Positions 12,095-26,373 of a stretch of 64,000 nucleotides of DNA are shown here, piece after piece. The position numbers and the translations under genes were made by a program. The notes under the pieces were generated by a model. That model made no database searches and was not told the origin of the DNA. It saw only the letters and a list, made by a program, of their open reading frames with translations. How positions within the stretch are numbered: the first letter of the stretch is position 1; each line of letters starts with the position of its first letter. Location of the stretch: contig JAUFOQ010000016.1 in the NCBI GenBank assembly GCA_040285855.1, positions 1,984,001-2,048,000 on the forward strand. Direction: 5' to 3'. The DNA comes from Eukaryota sp. GEM-RC1 (taxonomy: Eukaryota).

Positions 12095-12335
12095 ATTCTT
12101 TTCTTTTCGGAAAAATCGTAAAAAATAGGATGAACAAACGTTTTCATCATATGTTATGGTTGATTCGGATCGTTTTTACTGTTTTTACAGCAATTCCCCT
12201 AATCATCTCCAAAGCTGTATTAGCAGTAAGTTCCTTTTATGAGGACAAAGCTGTTGTAAGATTTGATAGCGACTGATGATGATGATAGACTGATGTAGTA
12301 TAACATTTATAATAAATAATCTTTCCAAAAAAAAC
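12095..12335 (+). mobile_element. Short RLE retrotransposon 3' end with A-tail and probable TSD
   Basis: Reads RIVFTVFTAIPLIISKAVLAVSSFYEDK, followed by AATAAA and an A8 run. Flanked by GTCTTAATAT(T)CCC at ~12071 and ~12338. Confidence 0.6.
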
Positions 12336-12700
12336 AAGTCTTAATATTCCCCATCTATCTTAGATGGAAGAACATAACTAGCTTACGTCCGCAAACTTCA
12401 TTGAGGAACTTCCTTTAGGATACGATTGGAGAGTAACGAAATCTGATAGCCCATCTGGAAAGTCAACAAAGTGAAGCACTTTGATTTTATTACTCAATGG
12501 TTGGAATAATACTGGACCACGTATTCCCCAAAATAATACGCTAAGATCTCTGGAAGCAAATAAAAGCAGTTCAAAAATCAAATCCAGGATCAAATATCAT
12601 ATTAAAAAATGACAACAGGAAATCAGCAGCAGTTTATGAACTGTTACCAAAACAGTAAACAACAATACTTATACTGGGACTAGACACAGTCCAAAAAGAT

Positions 12701-14290
<1,590 letters not shown>

Positions 14291-14654
14291 TTTGGTTGAA
14301 AGAGGAATTTCGATGCTGTCTCTTTTTGTTCATTCGAGCAACTCATCACCAACAAAAACGTCATAATTTGGATATTCATGTATTAGCGTATTTTGCACTA
14401 GTCTTTACTTGCCACAAAAATAAGAACTTTCGAGAACAAATAAGCTACTGCAAACAAACGACCACTAACTCGATATGATCATCGAATAAACCTCTATATG
14501 AGACTCTAGAGGCAGAATGAAATTGGGCGACATAATTAAAATTCGGAGAGGATTCGTATTATTTCTCCAGCTGTATTAAGGTTTCAATATTTTCCTAATA
14601 CAAGACTATAATGTACATATATCTAATAAATCAATAACCTAATAATAATTGATA

Positions 14655-15372
14655 ACCTTCTACATAATTTGAAATGCCAATGTGGGCAATCTGTAACACC
14701 TACACATTTATTGAATTGTAACCGTTTAATTTCTTTTAGAAGTAAGGTTCATGATTCAGTAAGGCATCAATTATATTGTATGTGTAAATCTTATGGAATA
14801 GTTTCCGTTTTAGAACCAGTTCTGGCTGGTTTGTTTGATGACACAGATGTTGACAAATCGTTTGGAAATAGCCGTGGTGATGTCATATTTCATGGTCTTG
14901 ATGGATCTTTCATTATTGCTGATGTTATGTCTATTGATGTTTGTAATGATTCCAACAAGAAACTTGCTATATCTGATGCTAAAAACCCCTTGTTGATTGG
15001 TGAAAAATTTAAAATGCAAAAATATTGTGCTAAATTGAAATTATTGAATTCGGCTTCACACTCGAATTACTTGTTGTACCCTTTTGTATTTTCACTGTAC
15101 GGTTCTTTAGGTGAATCTGCATCATCATTACTTGAAATCTTTGTGAAGATTGTTAAAGAAAAAACAGCTAGGACTTTTGATCTTAGATTTTGGAAAAATC
15201 GAATCGTGTTTGCTATCTTTAAAGGTATGGTGACTTCTGTATCTAGCGCTTTATTATCTCTTGGCAGAGATTATGAGGATAAGGTAGGTGAAAATTTCCA
15301 GTTAGGCAATCTGGACTTTGAGGATATTGATTATTAGATGTATGTACACTGTAGTGTTGTTGTCAATAAAAT
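14655..15372 (+). mobile_element. RLE non-LTR retrotransposon family B cassette (CCHC + endonuclease only), copy 1
   Basis: Open 222-codon frame: CQCG..HLLNC zinc knuckle, HDSVR, EP, RGDV..ADV, K..KY, YPFVFSLYG. Ends with AATAAA. Confidence 0.88.
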
Positions 15373-15387
15373 ATTTTCTTTAAAAAG

Positions 15388-15475
15388 TAATAATAATCAA
15401 TATCTTCAAAGTTCAAATTGCCTAATTGGAAAGTTTCACCTGCATTATCCTCATAACGTCTGCCCAAAGATTATA
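15388..15475 (-). mobile_element. Inverted 3' fragment of a family-B-like element
   Basis: Reverse complement matches 15258-15337 (GGCAGACGTTATGAGGATAA...TTTGAAGATATTGATTATTA). Confidence 0.75.
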
Positions 15476-15594
15476 CGGTATTAGTAACTCTTTTTTGAAT
15501 AATATCTCTTTTGGAACAAAAACAGTAAGATTAATACAAAAACTAGAACTCAATATCATTAAAGCAACATGCATTGCCATCCAAACTCACATCA

Positions 15595-15890
15595 GCTATT
15601 TCTTCATCAAAAACACTGAGAGCTAGGAGAGCTTTTGAAATCATAATAGGAATTGTTTTAAATAATGTAAAGACAATACGATTCAAGCAAAACTTAAAAT
15701 CAAATTTCATGTTCATTCTTTTTTGACAACATTCTCAAAATCAGAGAGAGACCAAAGAGCATCTTTGCCAAGTCGACCATAAATTGAAATCGCAAAGGAC
15801 ATAATTTGTACTCAACATGTCTAGTATGTTTGAGAACAGTCAAGGGAACATCATATTTGTTTTTAGCATTCATAAATGCACTTTTTTGTA
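15595..15890 (-). mobile_element. Degenerate RLE retrotransposon fragment (family D)
   Basis: Frameshifted reverse strand reads AKNKY...EYKLCPFAISIYGRLGKDA...NRIVFTLFKTIPIMISKAL. Confidence 0.7.
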
Positions 15891-16243
15891 TTTTCACTGT
15901 ATTTTTGTATTATTGTAAAATAGTGTGTCTCAAAAATGTATTTTTTGACTGAAATGGGTGGGCCATCGTTCTTTGTCACTCTGAAGGCGATAGCCAAACA
16001 TACGGATGTTCTTTGCAACATTAAAACAAACACAAACAATGGGGGGTACTTTATCCTGAATTTGGTTTTAATGGTTTCAGATAAGAACGACCTCTATTAA
16101 TAGAGACTCACAAGAAACAGTACAGTCAAAATGTTGTTTGTGGTTGTTGTTTAAAAAGCTGACCACAGAAAATCCAAAAATTATTCAAAACAAATCATCT
16201 AACGACAACTACCTTGTAGTAGTAGCTACACCGCGGATGAATA

Positions 16244-18259
16244 TTACATATTTTTTAAACTTTTCACAAAAGAACGCTGATCAAAGACCGACGGATCCTC
16301 CAACTGAATCTGCTTCTTACTCAGAGTATCCAGGAGCTTACTCCTCTTAGCAATGTAAGGCGAGGAACCCATTCTAGGGGACGGTATTGGAGGGAGGGAA
16401 AAAGAAACTAAAGGAACTTGCGAGGTAACAGGCGACTTACTTCTATATTTGACATTATTTGAATATTTGAAATATCCCGTTGGTCCAATGAAAGCCTGTA
16501 GATTTGTACACGGAATAGAAGCAGAATGACCACTTCCAAAGTCATTAAACACGGATATGGTGTTTAACAACACCTGCTCATGTCTCTGCTCCAACTCTTT
16601 CTTCTTCTTCTCCCAAATGGCTCTTGATCGTTCCTCCCGTTCCTTCATTCTTGAAACAACGTCACTGATGTGGGCAAATCGATCAACGACTTCAACGGGG
16701 TGGGATATCTTTGGTGGTACTTTCTTAGTTGCCAAGCTTTTGGTTACTTTGGACAGTTTGGATAATCTCTTATCGGATTTTTTTAATTTCCTCAGTAATG
16801 ATCTTCTTCTCTTCTTGAATGTGATCTAGTTGACGTTTAGAGTGCTTTGAGTGACTGTCAAGAACATGATCAGCCTTAACAGTATTACTCTTTAAATCCG
16901 AGATAATTTTTTTAAATTTTGAAATTTCCTTATCTCTTTCAGCTAGTAATTCATTCAACGCATCCTCCTGCCACTCACACTTTGGATCTAAACTTTGTTC
17001 CATGGTTGTAACTAGTTCAAGGGTTTCAGTCCCCACTGAGACCTCTCCATGACGTGATGATTTGGAGAAGAGATCAGAAACTGTAGAGGAAAGAACTGAG
17101 AACTTTTTGGAGACCAGTGATTCTACTGATTCTAAAAGATCAATCACCGAGTCGTTGGTGATCTCTTCTGAATCGGAAAGGTCAAAATCAACCCCATCAA
17201 CTGAATAATCTCGGAAATTTTGGAAAAATGATTCAAGACCAGTTGTCATTGAAGCAACCAAGTTATTCAACCGATTTCCTTCCTCAACTAATCTCTTGAA
17301 TTCTTCCTCTTTTGCCTTGATTTCAGATTGATCACAGTCGTAATCAAAACTAGCCATTATACTAATTTCAGTGAGATATTTTAAATTTAATTCCATTTGG
17401 GACATTTGGGAATTAATGGACGCTATGTGACTGTCTTTATCATCAATCACTTTTTGAAGCTGATTGATATCACTTTCCAGTTTCTCAACTTTACTTTCCA
17501 ATTCTGTTGAATACTCAGTCAAAGCTTCCATTTTCTCAATTTGATTGGAAACGTCATCCATTAACTTCGCATATTTCTGCTCTGCAGTTTCAAGAGAAGT
17601 CGCCAGATTCTGGACCTCTTTTGAGCCTTTTCCAGATCTTTTTGACCTTGTATTTTCTCTACTCGACCCAACTCAATCATATGACTAAGATCAATACAGT
17701 ACAACAAACTAGCCTCCAAAGCCTCCTTAGCTTCTCTGATTTGACGTCTAGTCTTCTCCAGTAATTGTTCTCTAAGAGTTTTGTGTAAAACATCGATTTT
17801 AGCTGTTTTTTCAAGAGTTGACTGTTGAGTGGAAGTAATTAGCGAAAGAAACTCCTCAGTGTTGATAGATTCCGAGGCTTCTTTCTTCTCTACAGGATTT
17901 TGGAGTGTAGAGAACCAGGTATCAAGGGAAGAGAGAAGCTCTAGGCGAGTAGAAAGAGAGGAGGAGGAGGAGTCTAGGATGTGCTGAATACGGTTGGAAG
18001 TAGATGTGGCATAGTCAGTTACTGAACATGAGTTTGGGGAAGAAGAGAGATCAAGGTCAGCCAAACAAATAGAAGAAACATCGTCAAAGGCTGATAAGGT
18101 TGCTTTCACACGATTCTGAGATTCTTGAAGTACATTCTGTCTGTTTACAAATGATTCGATTAGTTTAGACACATGTGGCTTAGAAAGAGATGAGATTTTA
18201 CCTGATTTGAGAGAGTTTCCCAGAGGAACAGATAGTAGATGTCGAGAAGTATCAGTCAT
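16244..18259 (-). CDS. Long coiled-coil protein (three track ORFs joined across two homopolymer indels)
   Basis: ORFs 17561-18259, 16770-17561 and 16244-16735 become one frame by adding an A at ~17620 and removing an A from the A7 run at ~16780. Confidence 0.7.
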
Positions 18260-18400
18260 TATCTCATATAGTGAAGAAAGATGTTAAGTAAGTGAAGAAA
18301 GAACACCACTCATCACTAGCAGGATTACTTCAAGTGTTGTGATTACTTCGGTTCCAATCAACAACTAAGAAGAACAGTAGTTCTGTTACTACTTTTATAC

Positions 18401-19735
18401 TTGGTTGATACCTACAGCAGTTGTATTCGATACATCGTAGATTCCATGATTTCTCCAGTTCCTTCGGCCGGACCTCATTCACTGACAGGTGGACTTACAG
18501 ATGAAGAACTTCTTTGTGATGCTCTTGTATACAGTCGACTTTCGGAAATCGAACAACATTTTAACAACTTAAACTTTGAACTGAATAGACACCATCAAGA
18601 AAGGATCCGCAACATTAAACGGTCTGGACTTCCTAAACGTGATTGCTATGCTGCTGTATCAGAAGTTTTCCTTACTTACATCAAGTCATTACACGAGAAC
18701 GTCTTGCTTTGCAAATCTCAGCAATCGAACCTACTTAAAGCTGCTACACTGCTGAAACTTCCCACTGCCATCCAACCCAAACCCCAATCAAGAAACAAGA
18801 CATGGTTCTCCAAAGTTACATCCATTAGTTCAGCGCTAGCTGTTAACCAAGCTCCTTTCCACATCTTCCTCAATAGCACTACCTCTCTTCACAAACGAGA
18901 AGACTTTTTATCACTTTTCAGAGAACTCCTTGGTTCATCGAGTCACCCAATTGGTGTAAAGGTGAAGTCATTGATTGAAAACTTAAACAGTGCTGTGGTT
19001 GAACTTCACGATTTTACAATGACGACGATCTTTGGTCAGATTCTGGCCACAGTGAGCTTTATCAAACACTCAGTTCTTTCTGATTGTAAATCGGTCGATA
19101 GTATTTGTTTAAAGGCTTTTGAAGTATCTTTTGAGTCGATTGTGATTGATGAAGTTGTTAAAATTTGCCATCTTTTGTTGAGAAAATGTGTTGGAAAATT
19201 GGATGGTGCCCGAATCAGTAAAATTTCAAATAATGTTCGATATTTACGTGAAGCGTTCCCTCAAGACTTTTCACAACTTGGACTCCCTGAAGATCTGTAC
19301 TTCATTTTTGAAAATTCTTCAAACTTTTCTAATTTATTCATTGCAGCACAGCTTGCCTTGGCTGAAATTACCGACCGTGATTCAATCACAGGCAAGCTCT
19401 CATTAATCAATAACGTTTTTGATCTTTTAACAAAGGAAGTTGCCGCACGTGCTACTGGCGGATGCCCTGCTCTAACTACAGATCATTTCATTAGTCTCTT
19501 GCTTCTTTTACTACTGTATATGGATGATTGCGACTGTGTGATTGATTTGATTATTATTCCCAAGTTGATTTCTGACGATTCAGTCAAGGGGCGGGATGGA
19601 TTTACTTCTGCTACGTTGGAGCTCTGTTTAGGTTTCTTAGAGAACATCAAACCTTCGATTGAGTTCATGAACTTTCTTGATTTTGGCCACTTTGAAAGTT
19701 GTCTTGAAGAATATCTCTTGGAAACTTATAAGTGA
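18401..19735 (+). CDS. VPS9-domain protein (Rab5-type GEF)
   Basis: C-terminal KLSLI...LTTDHFISLLLLLLL...KGRDGFTSATLELCLGFL fits the VPS9 motifs. The real start is probably a downstream ATG. Confidence 0.7.
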   Translation: MVDTYSSCIRYIVDSMISPVPSAGPHSLTGGLTDEELLCDALVYSRLSEIEQHFNNLNFELNRHHQERIRNIKRSGLPKRDCYAAVSEVFLTYIKSLHENVLLCKSQQSNLLKAATLLKLPTAIQPKPQSRNKTWFSKVTSISSALAVNQAPFHIFLNSTTSLHKREDFLSLFRELLGSSSHPIGVKVKSLIENLNSAVVELHDFTMTTIFGQILATVSFIKHSVLSDCKSVDSICLKAFEVSFESIVIDEVVKICHLLLRKCVGKLDGARISKISNNVRYLREAFPQDFSQLGLPEDLYFIFENSSNFSNLFIAAQLALAEITDRDSITGKLSLINNVFDLLTKEVAARATGGCPALTTDHFISLLLLLLLYMDDCDCVIDLIIIPKLISDDSVKGRDGFTSATLELCLGFLENIKPSIEFMNFLDFGHFESCLEEYLLETYK

Positions 19736-20359
19736 TTCTTGAGAAGCTTAGTCTGATGATAATCTGATTGAGTCAAATATTGTTTATGCTTACTGACTTA
19801 CATTTGTCTTTTCATTGTAGAACAAATCGTGGAGTATTTTGCGGAGTAATCAACATAATTGTTGATTTCTTCTAATCTTTACACAACATGTCATATTGTT
19901 TCTTTGTTGTACTTAATTTACTGGTATTTCATGTTGCTCAATAGTCTTCTTTTGAGAAGTAAGTTGGGGGTATTTGTACAGTCACTTCTGATATATTTAT
20001 TGCTATTGTTGATTATAATATTGGGGAATCAGTTTTCTTAATTGATCAAAGGTTGATAGGAATAGATTTAATAGTAAATGATACTAACCTATCCGGTAAT
20101 AGCGAGTATGACCTATTGAATTGATTTTTGGAGAAAAAGGAGCAGTCAGATAGGATCACATTGTTTATCGAAAAAACAGACCATTGTAAACAGTCGCTGT
20201 TGACAACTGACAACTGGAATGATTATACTGATGATATGGGTGGTACGCATACATTTACATTTTTGTATTACTAGTAGATTTATAGCTGATAATTATGAAA
20301 TATGTGTTGTGACTAAGAGTTTTTTTACTACAATTCATTTATTCGAAAATAAAAAAAAG

Positions 20360-20720
20360 ATGATCTAATACTCAATGTCATCAAAACAAGATTCCTTCGA
20401 ATCGAACCTTGTTGAAGCATTGTCTTCATAAAACACACTTAGGGATAATAAAGCTTTTGAAATCATTGTGGAAACTGCCTTTAGAATCGTAAAGACAATT
20501 CGGTTCTGCCAAAAGAACGATCAAATAATTTGTTAGTTCTACGAGCTACAACCTTTGCAAATTCATCAAGGAACTTCAAGGCCAATTTGCCTAATCTACC
20601 ATATATGGAAATCGCAAATGGGACAAGTGAATATTCAACATGGACAATGTGTTTAAATGAAATGTGATTAAGAGTTTTGAACTGAAACTTGTTCAACACC
20701 TTTAGGGATCTAAACGACCT
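20360..20720 (-). mobile_element. Degenerate RLE retrotransposon 3' fragment (family D)
   Basis: EYSLVPFAISIYGRLGKLALKFLDEF...; ends DDIEY stop followed by a U-rich tail and AATAAA. Confidence 0.75.
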
Positions 20721-20749
20721 TGCATTCGCCCTTTATAAGCTGGTAGCTG

Positions 20750-22308
20750 ATGTCCCGACACTTCCTTATTAGTGTTTTACTGGTTGTTATAACTTCTGTT
20801 CTTATTATCATCCCTTCAGACTCTACCATGCGCTATCTAGCTCTTAATCAAGAAATGCTTCATCGTATAATTCTTCCTGATGTTGCTGATTTTGATGATA
20901 GAGTTCCAAACAGACAACGTCAGCATTGGCTTTACAACGTTGATGACTTTCTGGATACAATTTCTGGTGTAGTTGACAACTACTACGATATCCCCTCAAA
21001 AATCCCAGATAGACTTCCTGGAACCGAGTCAATCTCACTTTCCACTCCTTTACTGTATCTCTCTGTTTACACTGAAGGACTTGATATTTATGACGTTTCC
21101 AAACGCCACAGTCTCTCAACAAGTTCCCTGAAGTACTCTCTCACTCTTGAGAACCCCATTGGTCCCTTTATCAACGACTCTCTTACCCTAATTAGAACAA
21201 CTGCTGATATGCGTATTTCCTTGACCTTCAACGTCACCCACGCGTTCTCCTACAGCTCTGATCCCTCCAGTGCTCCCCACTACTACGTTCTCTGGTACAT
21301 TGACCTTCTCTTTGACTTTGCTACTCGAGGTGGACGTGTAGGAGTCTCAATGACCACTGATTACACCAGACATGGTGATCCTCTAAAACCTTTCTCTCTA
21401 CAACTAGACTCTCTCTTCTTCTGGTCTTATGTTATTCAATTTATTCTGGCTATTGTTTCTCTCTCCATGTGTGTTAAGTCATTGACTACTAACATGATAT
21501 CATATAGAAAGAACAGGCAGTTGTTACAGAGTATCCAATCACAAGACGTGTTTGATTCCATTGCTGATTTGACTGGGCTGCAATCACTCAGGTTTTTTGA
21601 TGGATGGCTTTTCTTGTTCTCGGTCAACTCCGTGATCTGTATGATCTCTTCTGTGGTTCAAATCCTTCAATCTTTGATAGTTTCCTTTTCCTCCACTTCT
21701 AAAATCCTACTCTTTTTAATGGGTATGTCCTGCTTCACTGCTTGGCTTTGTCTCTTATACTACTTCAAGTATATCAAGGACTGTGGTGTCTTTATCATGA
21801 CCTTAAACAGAGGACTTAGGCTGGGGTTTGCTTACGTCACTGGAGGAATGCCTATATTTCTAGGTTATGCTCTGTTTGGTACAGCAATGTTCGCCACTGT
21901 TTCAGAAAAGTTTGACACCTTTGGGCAATCTTGTGTGACGCTATTTGCTCTTATTAATGGAGATGAGATTTTAGAAGTTTTTGATGATATATATGCTGGA
22001 GCACCTCTGATTTCCAGGATATATATCTACTCCTATATTTGTTTCTTTATTTATTGCATGCTGAATATCTTCATTCAGATTATGGAAGGGGCGTTTATAG
22101 CGGCAAAAGAATATTACTATCAAAAGATGATCCCAATCACCCTGATTACGATGAGAAAGCAGTAGGGATCAAATCGTGTGCTGGGACTTCAATCAACGCT
22201 GACTCAACTCAAAGTGAGTTTGAGAAGATGGAGCTGTTGACTGAAATTATTGCGGCGTATGAGAAACACGTTAGTGCACTCACTGATCAATTAATTGGAT
22301 CATCGTAA
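20750..22308 (+). CDS. Mucolipin/polycystin-family (TRPML-like) cation channel
   Basis: Six-TM layout with pore region FDTFGQSCVTLFALINGDE and S6 YSYICFFIYCMLNIFIQIME. The C-tail continues to 22308 after adding one A at ~22122. Confidence 0.85.
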
Positions 22309-22699
22309 TTTTAAGTTATTCTTTAGTTTGTTTTAAGTTATTGTGGTGTTTTGTAAATACACTGTTGTTGGTGAGATTTTGAGAACTGGACTCTCTATAT
22401 GTATTTGAATTACTAGAGTTGACTGTATCTGCAATGTAATTACCTTTCACAACTTACAGTAATTAATACAAGTGACAATAATTCTTGACAGCATATGAGT
22501 GTTCAAAAAGTATTGGCGCTAATAAGTGTCTCCTAAACTAATTGATGGCTTACACTAATATATACCGACATAAATTAGTGTAAAACTTACACTGAAAGTA
22601 GATCTGACGTGAAGTGGGGTAATATACTGACAAAAGACATACAATAGAGTACATAATACAATTACCCAATGCAAATTTTCGTTTACCTATGTACAGTTA

Positions 22700-22795
22700 T
22701 AAAAACAGCATCATGTATGCATGATGCTGTAAGAGACCAAATTCATCCTATGTATAAGTCTTACAAAATTGAATCATTTGTTGAACCACTACTAA
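22700..22795 (+). mobile_element. Short RLE retrotransposon fragment of another family
   Basis: Translates MHDAVRDQIHPMYKSYKIESFVEPLL, the HD.VR...EP motif. Confidence 0.65.
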
Positions 22796-22803
22796 TGTCT
22801 TAT

Positions 22804-23538
22804 CCTTCCACATAATTTGAAATGCCAATGTGGGCAATCTGTAACACCTACACATTTACTAAATTGTAACCGTTTTATTTCGTTTAGAAGTAAGGTTTAT
22901 GATTCAGTAAGGGATCAATTATATTGTATGTGTAAATCTTATGGAATAGTTTCCTTTTTAGAACCAGTTCTGGCTGGTTTGTTTGATGATACAGATGTTG
23001 ACAAATCGTTTGGAAATAGCCGTGATGATGTCATATTTCCTGGTCTCGATGGATCTTTCATTATTGCTGATGTTATGTCTACCGATGTTTGTAATGATTC
23101 CAACAAGAAACTTGCTAAATCTAATGCTAAAAACCCCTTGTTGATTGGTGAAAAATTTAAAATGCAAAAATATTGTGCTAAATTGAAATTATTGAATTGG
23201 GCTTCACACTCGAGTTACTTGTTGTACCCTTTTGTATTTTCACTGTACGGTTCTTTAGGTGAATCTGCAACATCATTACTTGAAATCTTTGTGAAGATTG
23301 TAAAAGAAAAAACATCTAGGACTTTTGATCTTAGATTTTGGAAAAATCGAATCGTGTTTGCTATCTTTAAAGGTATGGTGACTTCTGTATCGAGTGCTTT
23401 ATTGTCTCTTGGCAGACATTATGAAGATAAGGTAGGTGAAAATTTCCAGTTAGGCAATCTGGACTTTGAGGATATTGATTATTAGATGTATGTACACTGT
23501 AGTGTTGTTGTCAATAAAACTTGTTGTGTAAAAAAAAC
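22804..23538 (+). mobile_element. RLE non-LTR retrotransposon family B cassette, copy 2
   Basis: Near-identical to 14655-15372 with an open 222-codon frame, AATAAA and an A8 tail. Confidence 0.88.
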
Positions 23539-23673
23539 TAAGATCTTTAGAATCAAATAATCATTGTAATGACGAAAAACAGAACCAATTTTTTGGTAAA
23601 CGGAGAGGCTCTCTAGTAACTTTCATTAATATTCTTTCCATACTGCTTACACAATTTGCCGAAAGAGAGATGT

Positions 23674-24843
23674 TTATTCGGCACCCAATAAGGTAACCTT
23701 CCTACAAACTATGAAATTGTAAAAACAAACAAATAATACTAAGATTAAATCCAAACGACTTCATCACCACCCGGTAAAAGATTACGTTTATCTACATGAA
23801 CCTTCACACCAAACTTGTACAATTTCTCAATTAATCTAGAGAAATAGAAAGGCATATCCCGATATATGGAAAACACTATACGGTTTTTCCATTCAGCCAT
23901 TCTAAACTTACGCTTCTTTTCTTTACACAATTCTTCGAAATCCTTGAAAAATTGATCACCAGCAGGACTAATAGATCCAAAAAGAGAAACAGCAAAAGGT
24001 TGAAACACAAATTCGGAATATGAGTTTCTATTTAATTCTTCTACTTGAGAGTCATACTTGGAGTGTTTGAGCTTTTCAGCTGCTGTTAATGGATTAAAAG
24101 AAGAATCTAATATCCTACTAACACAAGATTTGTTACATACATCTACTGTAGTAAAATCCATTAATGATTGACTCGATTTAAGCCACGGAGTATGTAGATC
24201 CCCTCGTTTTTGATCAGTAAATTCATTTTCTGAAAGATGATTCAAAACTGGTTCAACTTTAGAGTGAAAACCATGTGCTTTAAACATGGAATAACAAGAA
24301 TCACGTACACCATCATGAATTACTGCACGGAGATGAATAAAATAACGACAATTAATTAAATGGCGAAAAACACCATTAGCTCCACAAGAGCACGTTGAAT
24401 AGTTTAATAAATTTGCAGGCCAAATAGCCAAACGAAGACGCATATTGATCATCCAAGCTTCATCAGATAGATGTAATCCATACACATTTGGAATTTGAGA
24501 AATAAATCCAGAAGGTCCACTATTACAAAGATCGATTAAAAAAGCAGCGAACTCGGGACTATTAGTTTTAGCCAAGCTAATACGATTATTAAAGTCCAAG
24601 AGTTCAAACTCCTATGTCAATTTATTTTGCAGCTTACATACAGCAGATGGTAGAGATGAAATATTTTTAAAGGAGTCTCCTTCAAATGAGCAGGGAACAA
24701 AGATTCCCACATTTCAGGAGACAAAGATGATACCAAATCTTTAGCAGATTGAATCCAACGGCAATTACTGGAATTCAACAGATTGATTCCATCCAAGGGA
24801 AACCGTTTCAAAAATTCAAACATAAAATTCTTAACACCTCCTC
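23674..24843 (-). mobile_element. 5'-truncated RLE non-LTR retrotransposon family A (longer copy)
   Basis: Post-RT linker (SGPSGFISQIP..LHLSDEAWMINMRLRL), CSCG..HLINC knuckle and RLE motifs. The upstream part has a frameshift and an in-frame TAG near 24612. Confidence 0.88.
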
Positions 24844-24863
24844 AGCCCTTCAGCCCATACAAC

Positions 24864-25516
24864 CAGGGGCTGTCAAAATTGAATTGGCAATTAATTGGTC
24901 ATCAAAAGCCGTACCAATCAATAATTGCAATAATTGCAATTAATTGAAGCCAATTAAGCAATTTTTATAAATATAGTAGAAACTCACCAAAAACTACTAA
25001 ATTTGAGGAAATGAGAATGTGGCTGACCACATTTTACAGAAACTAATTATGAATCACCTCGTCTTCCACAGACTCTAGTGTTTATCGTAAATACTGCAAA
25101 ATGCAACTACTAGTATATCCCAAAGATACATGTTACATTTCAAGAATTTATGCTCTTGCATTTATACGGACTACCCTTCCGACAGAAGATTATTACAGTC
25201 GGAGCAGTGGGAACAATGTTAAACAGAGATGTTTTCTGACATCGCCTATTGTCAAATTAGGGGTTATAGAAGAAGTCACAGATGCCAAGTTTTGCGTTAT
25301 GGGGTTTGATGATTGTAAAGAAAGGCTGATTTGTCATTCTTGACGTTCTGTACAATATTTATTCTGTTTTACAATAAAAACGAGTCTAGTCATTAATGTT
25401 CTTGTGGACTTTATTAATTGGCAATTAATTGGCAATTCTGTAAGTGGCATCAATCAATTATTGCAATAATTTATTTGGCAATAATTGGAAGTCCAATTCA
25501 ATTTTGACAGCCCCTG
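24864..25516. mobile_element. Non-autonomous hAT-type element (MITE), 653 bp
   Basis: Perfect 24-bp TIR CAGGGGCTGTCAAAATTGAATTGG / CCAATTCAATTTTGACAGCCCCTG. 8-bp TSD CATACAAC at 24856-24863 and 25517-25524. Confidence 0.95.
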
Positions 25517-25524
25517 CATACAAC

Positions 25525-26217
25525 TCTTTATTTTTATTGCAACATTTATCAACAGTAGATAGATGTATCAACTTTGTAAGTATCGTTATGCCATTGACCA
25601 ACAGTCATTACAATAGTTAAAAGATACTATTGTGAATAAACTACTAATTACATGAATCAATTTGTTTGTTGTGATGTACTGTACTTCAGTGTAGACTGTA
25701 TGAACTCTAATTCATTTCTTTCAGTAAATTCCCAATCTTGCTTTCGTTGTAATGCCCTCTCGCCAAGACATCGTAACAATAATAGATGACACACCACCTC
25801 ATGTTTGCTGTTACTTCACCAAAGTCAAAATAAGTTCTCCACTGAGTCTTTGAGAGCTTTATTCAGCTTGAGATACTGGATGAAAGTGGAGTTTGAACAA
25901 GGTTTACGAGAAAGGAAGTCTTTAAAAAATAGAACCTGATGATGATGAAGAAAGTGAAGTAGATTAATTAAGTTTATACATTTACATGTATTTTCAGTTG
26001 ATATTGCAACCAGACAATATGGATATATTGTTTATTCTGATAGCAAATGTAAAGAACTGAACAACCATAAGCTAAAAAGTTACACACCACTGTACTATAT
26101 CAATGTATACTTGTTTGGGCTGGGGGCTGGGCTGATGAAATTGTGGGCTGAGCTGAGCTGGCTAGTGATTTGATTGGGTGGGCTGAAACAAAAGGGCTTA
26201 GCCCAGGTGCAACACTA
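25525..26217 (+). mobile_element. Decayed hAT element right portion (transposase C-terminal remnant, GGGCTG subterminal repeats)
   Basis: KFPNLAFV...QNKFSTESLRALFSLRYWMK resembles the hAT dimerisation domain. GGGCTG repeats at 26115-26190; terminus GGTGCAACACTA; matching CAGCCC repeats at 24842-24856. Confidence 0.6.
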
Positions 26218-26373
26218 ATTCTGAGTGAAGCATTTGAATTTCAATGTAACTGAGAACCATGCAGTCATGGCTTAAATAAATGATTGAACAAACGTACTAG
26301 TAAACAGCAACGAACTAATCAAGATTGTAAATAAATAGATTTAAGTTGGATCCCAACAACTACTGTAGCAAAA

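Noticed and set aside
14669..15337. Fanzor/TnpB-like RNA-guided nuclease
   Set aside because: No RuvC motif order. The CCHC knuckle followed by RGD..D..K motifs, AATAAA/A-tail and 5'-truncated relatives fit non-LTR RLE domains.
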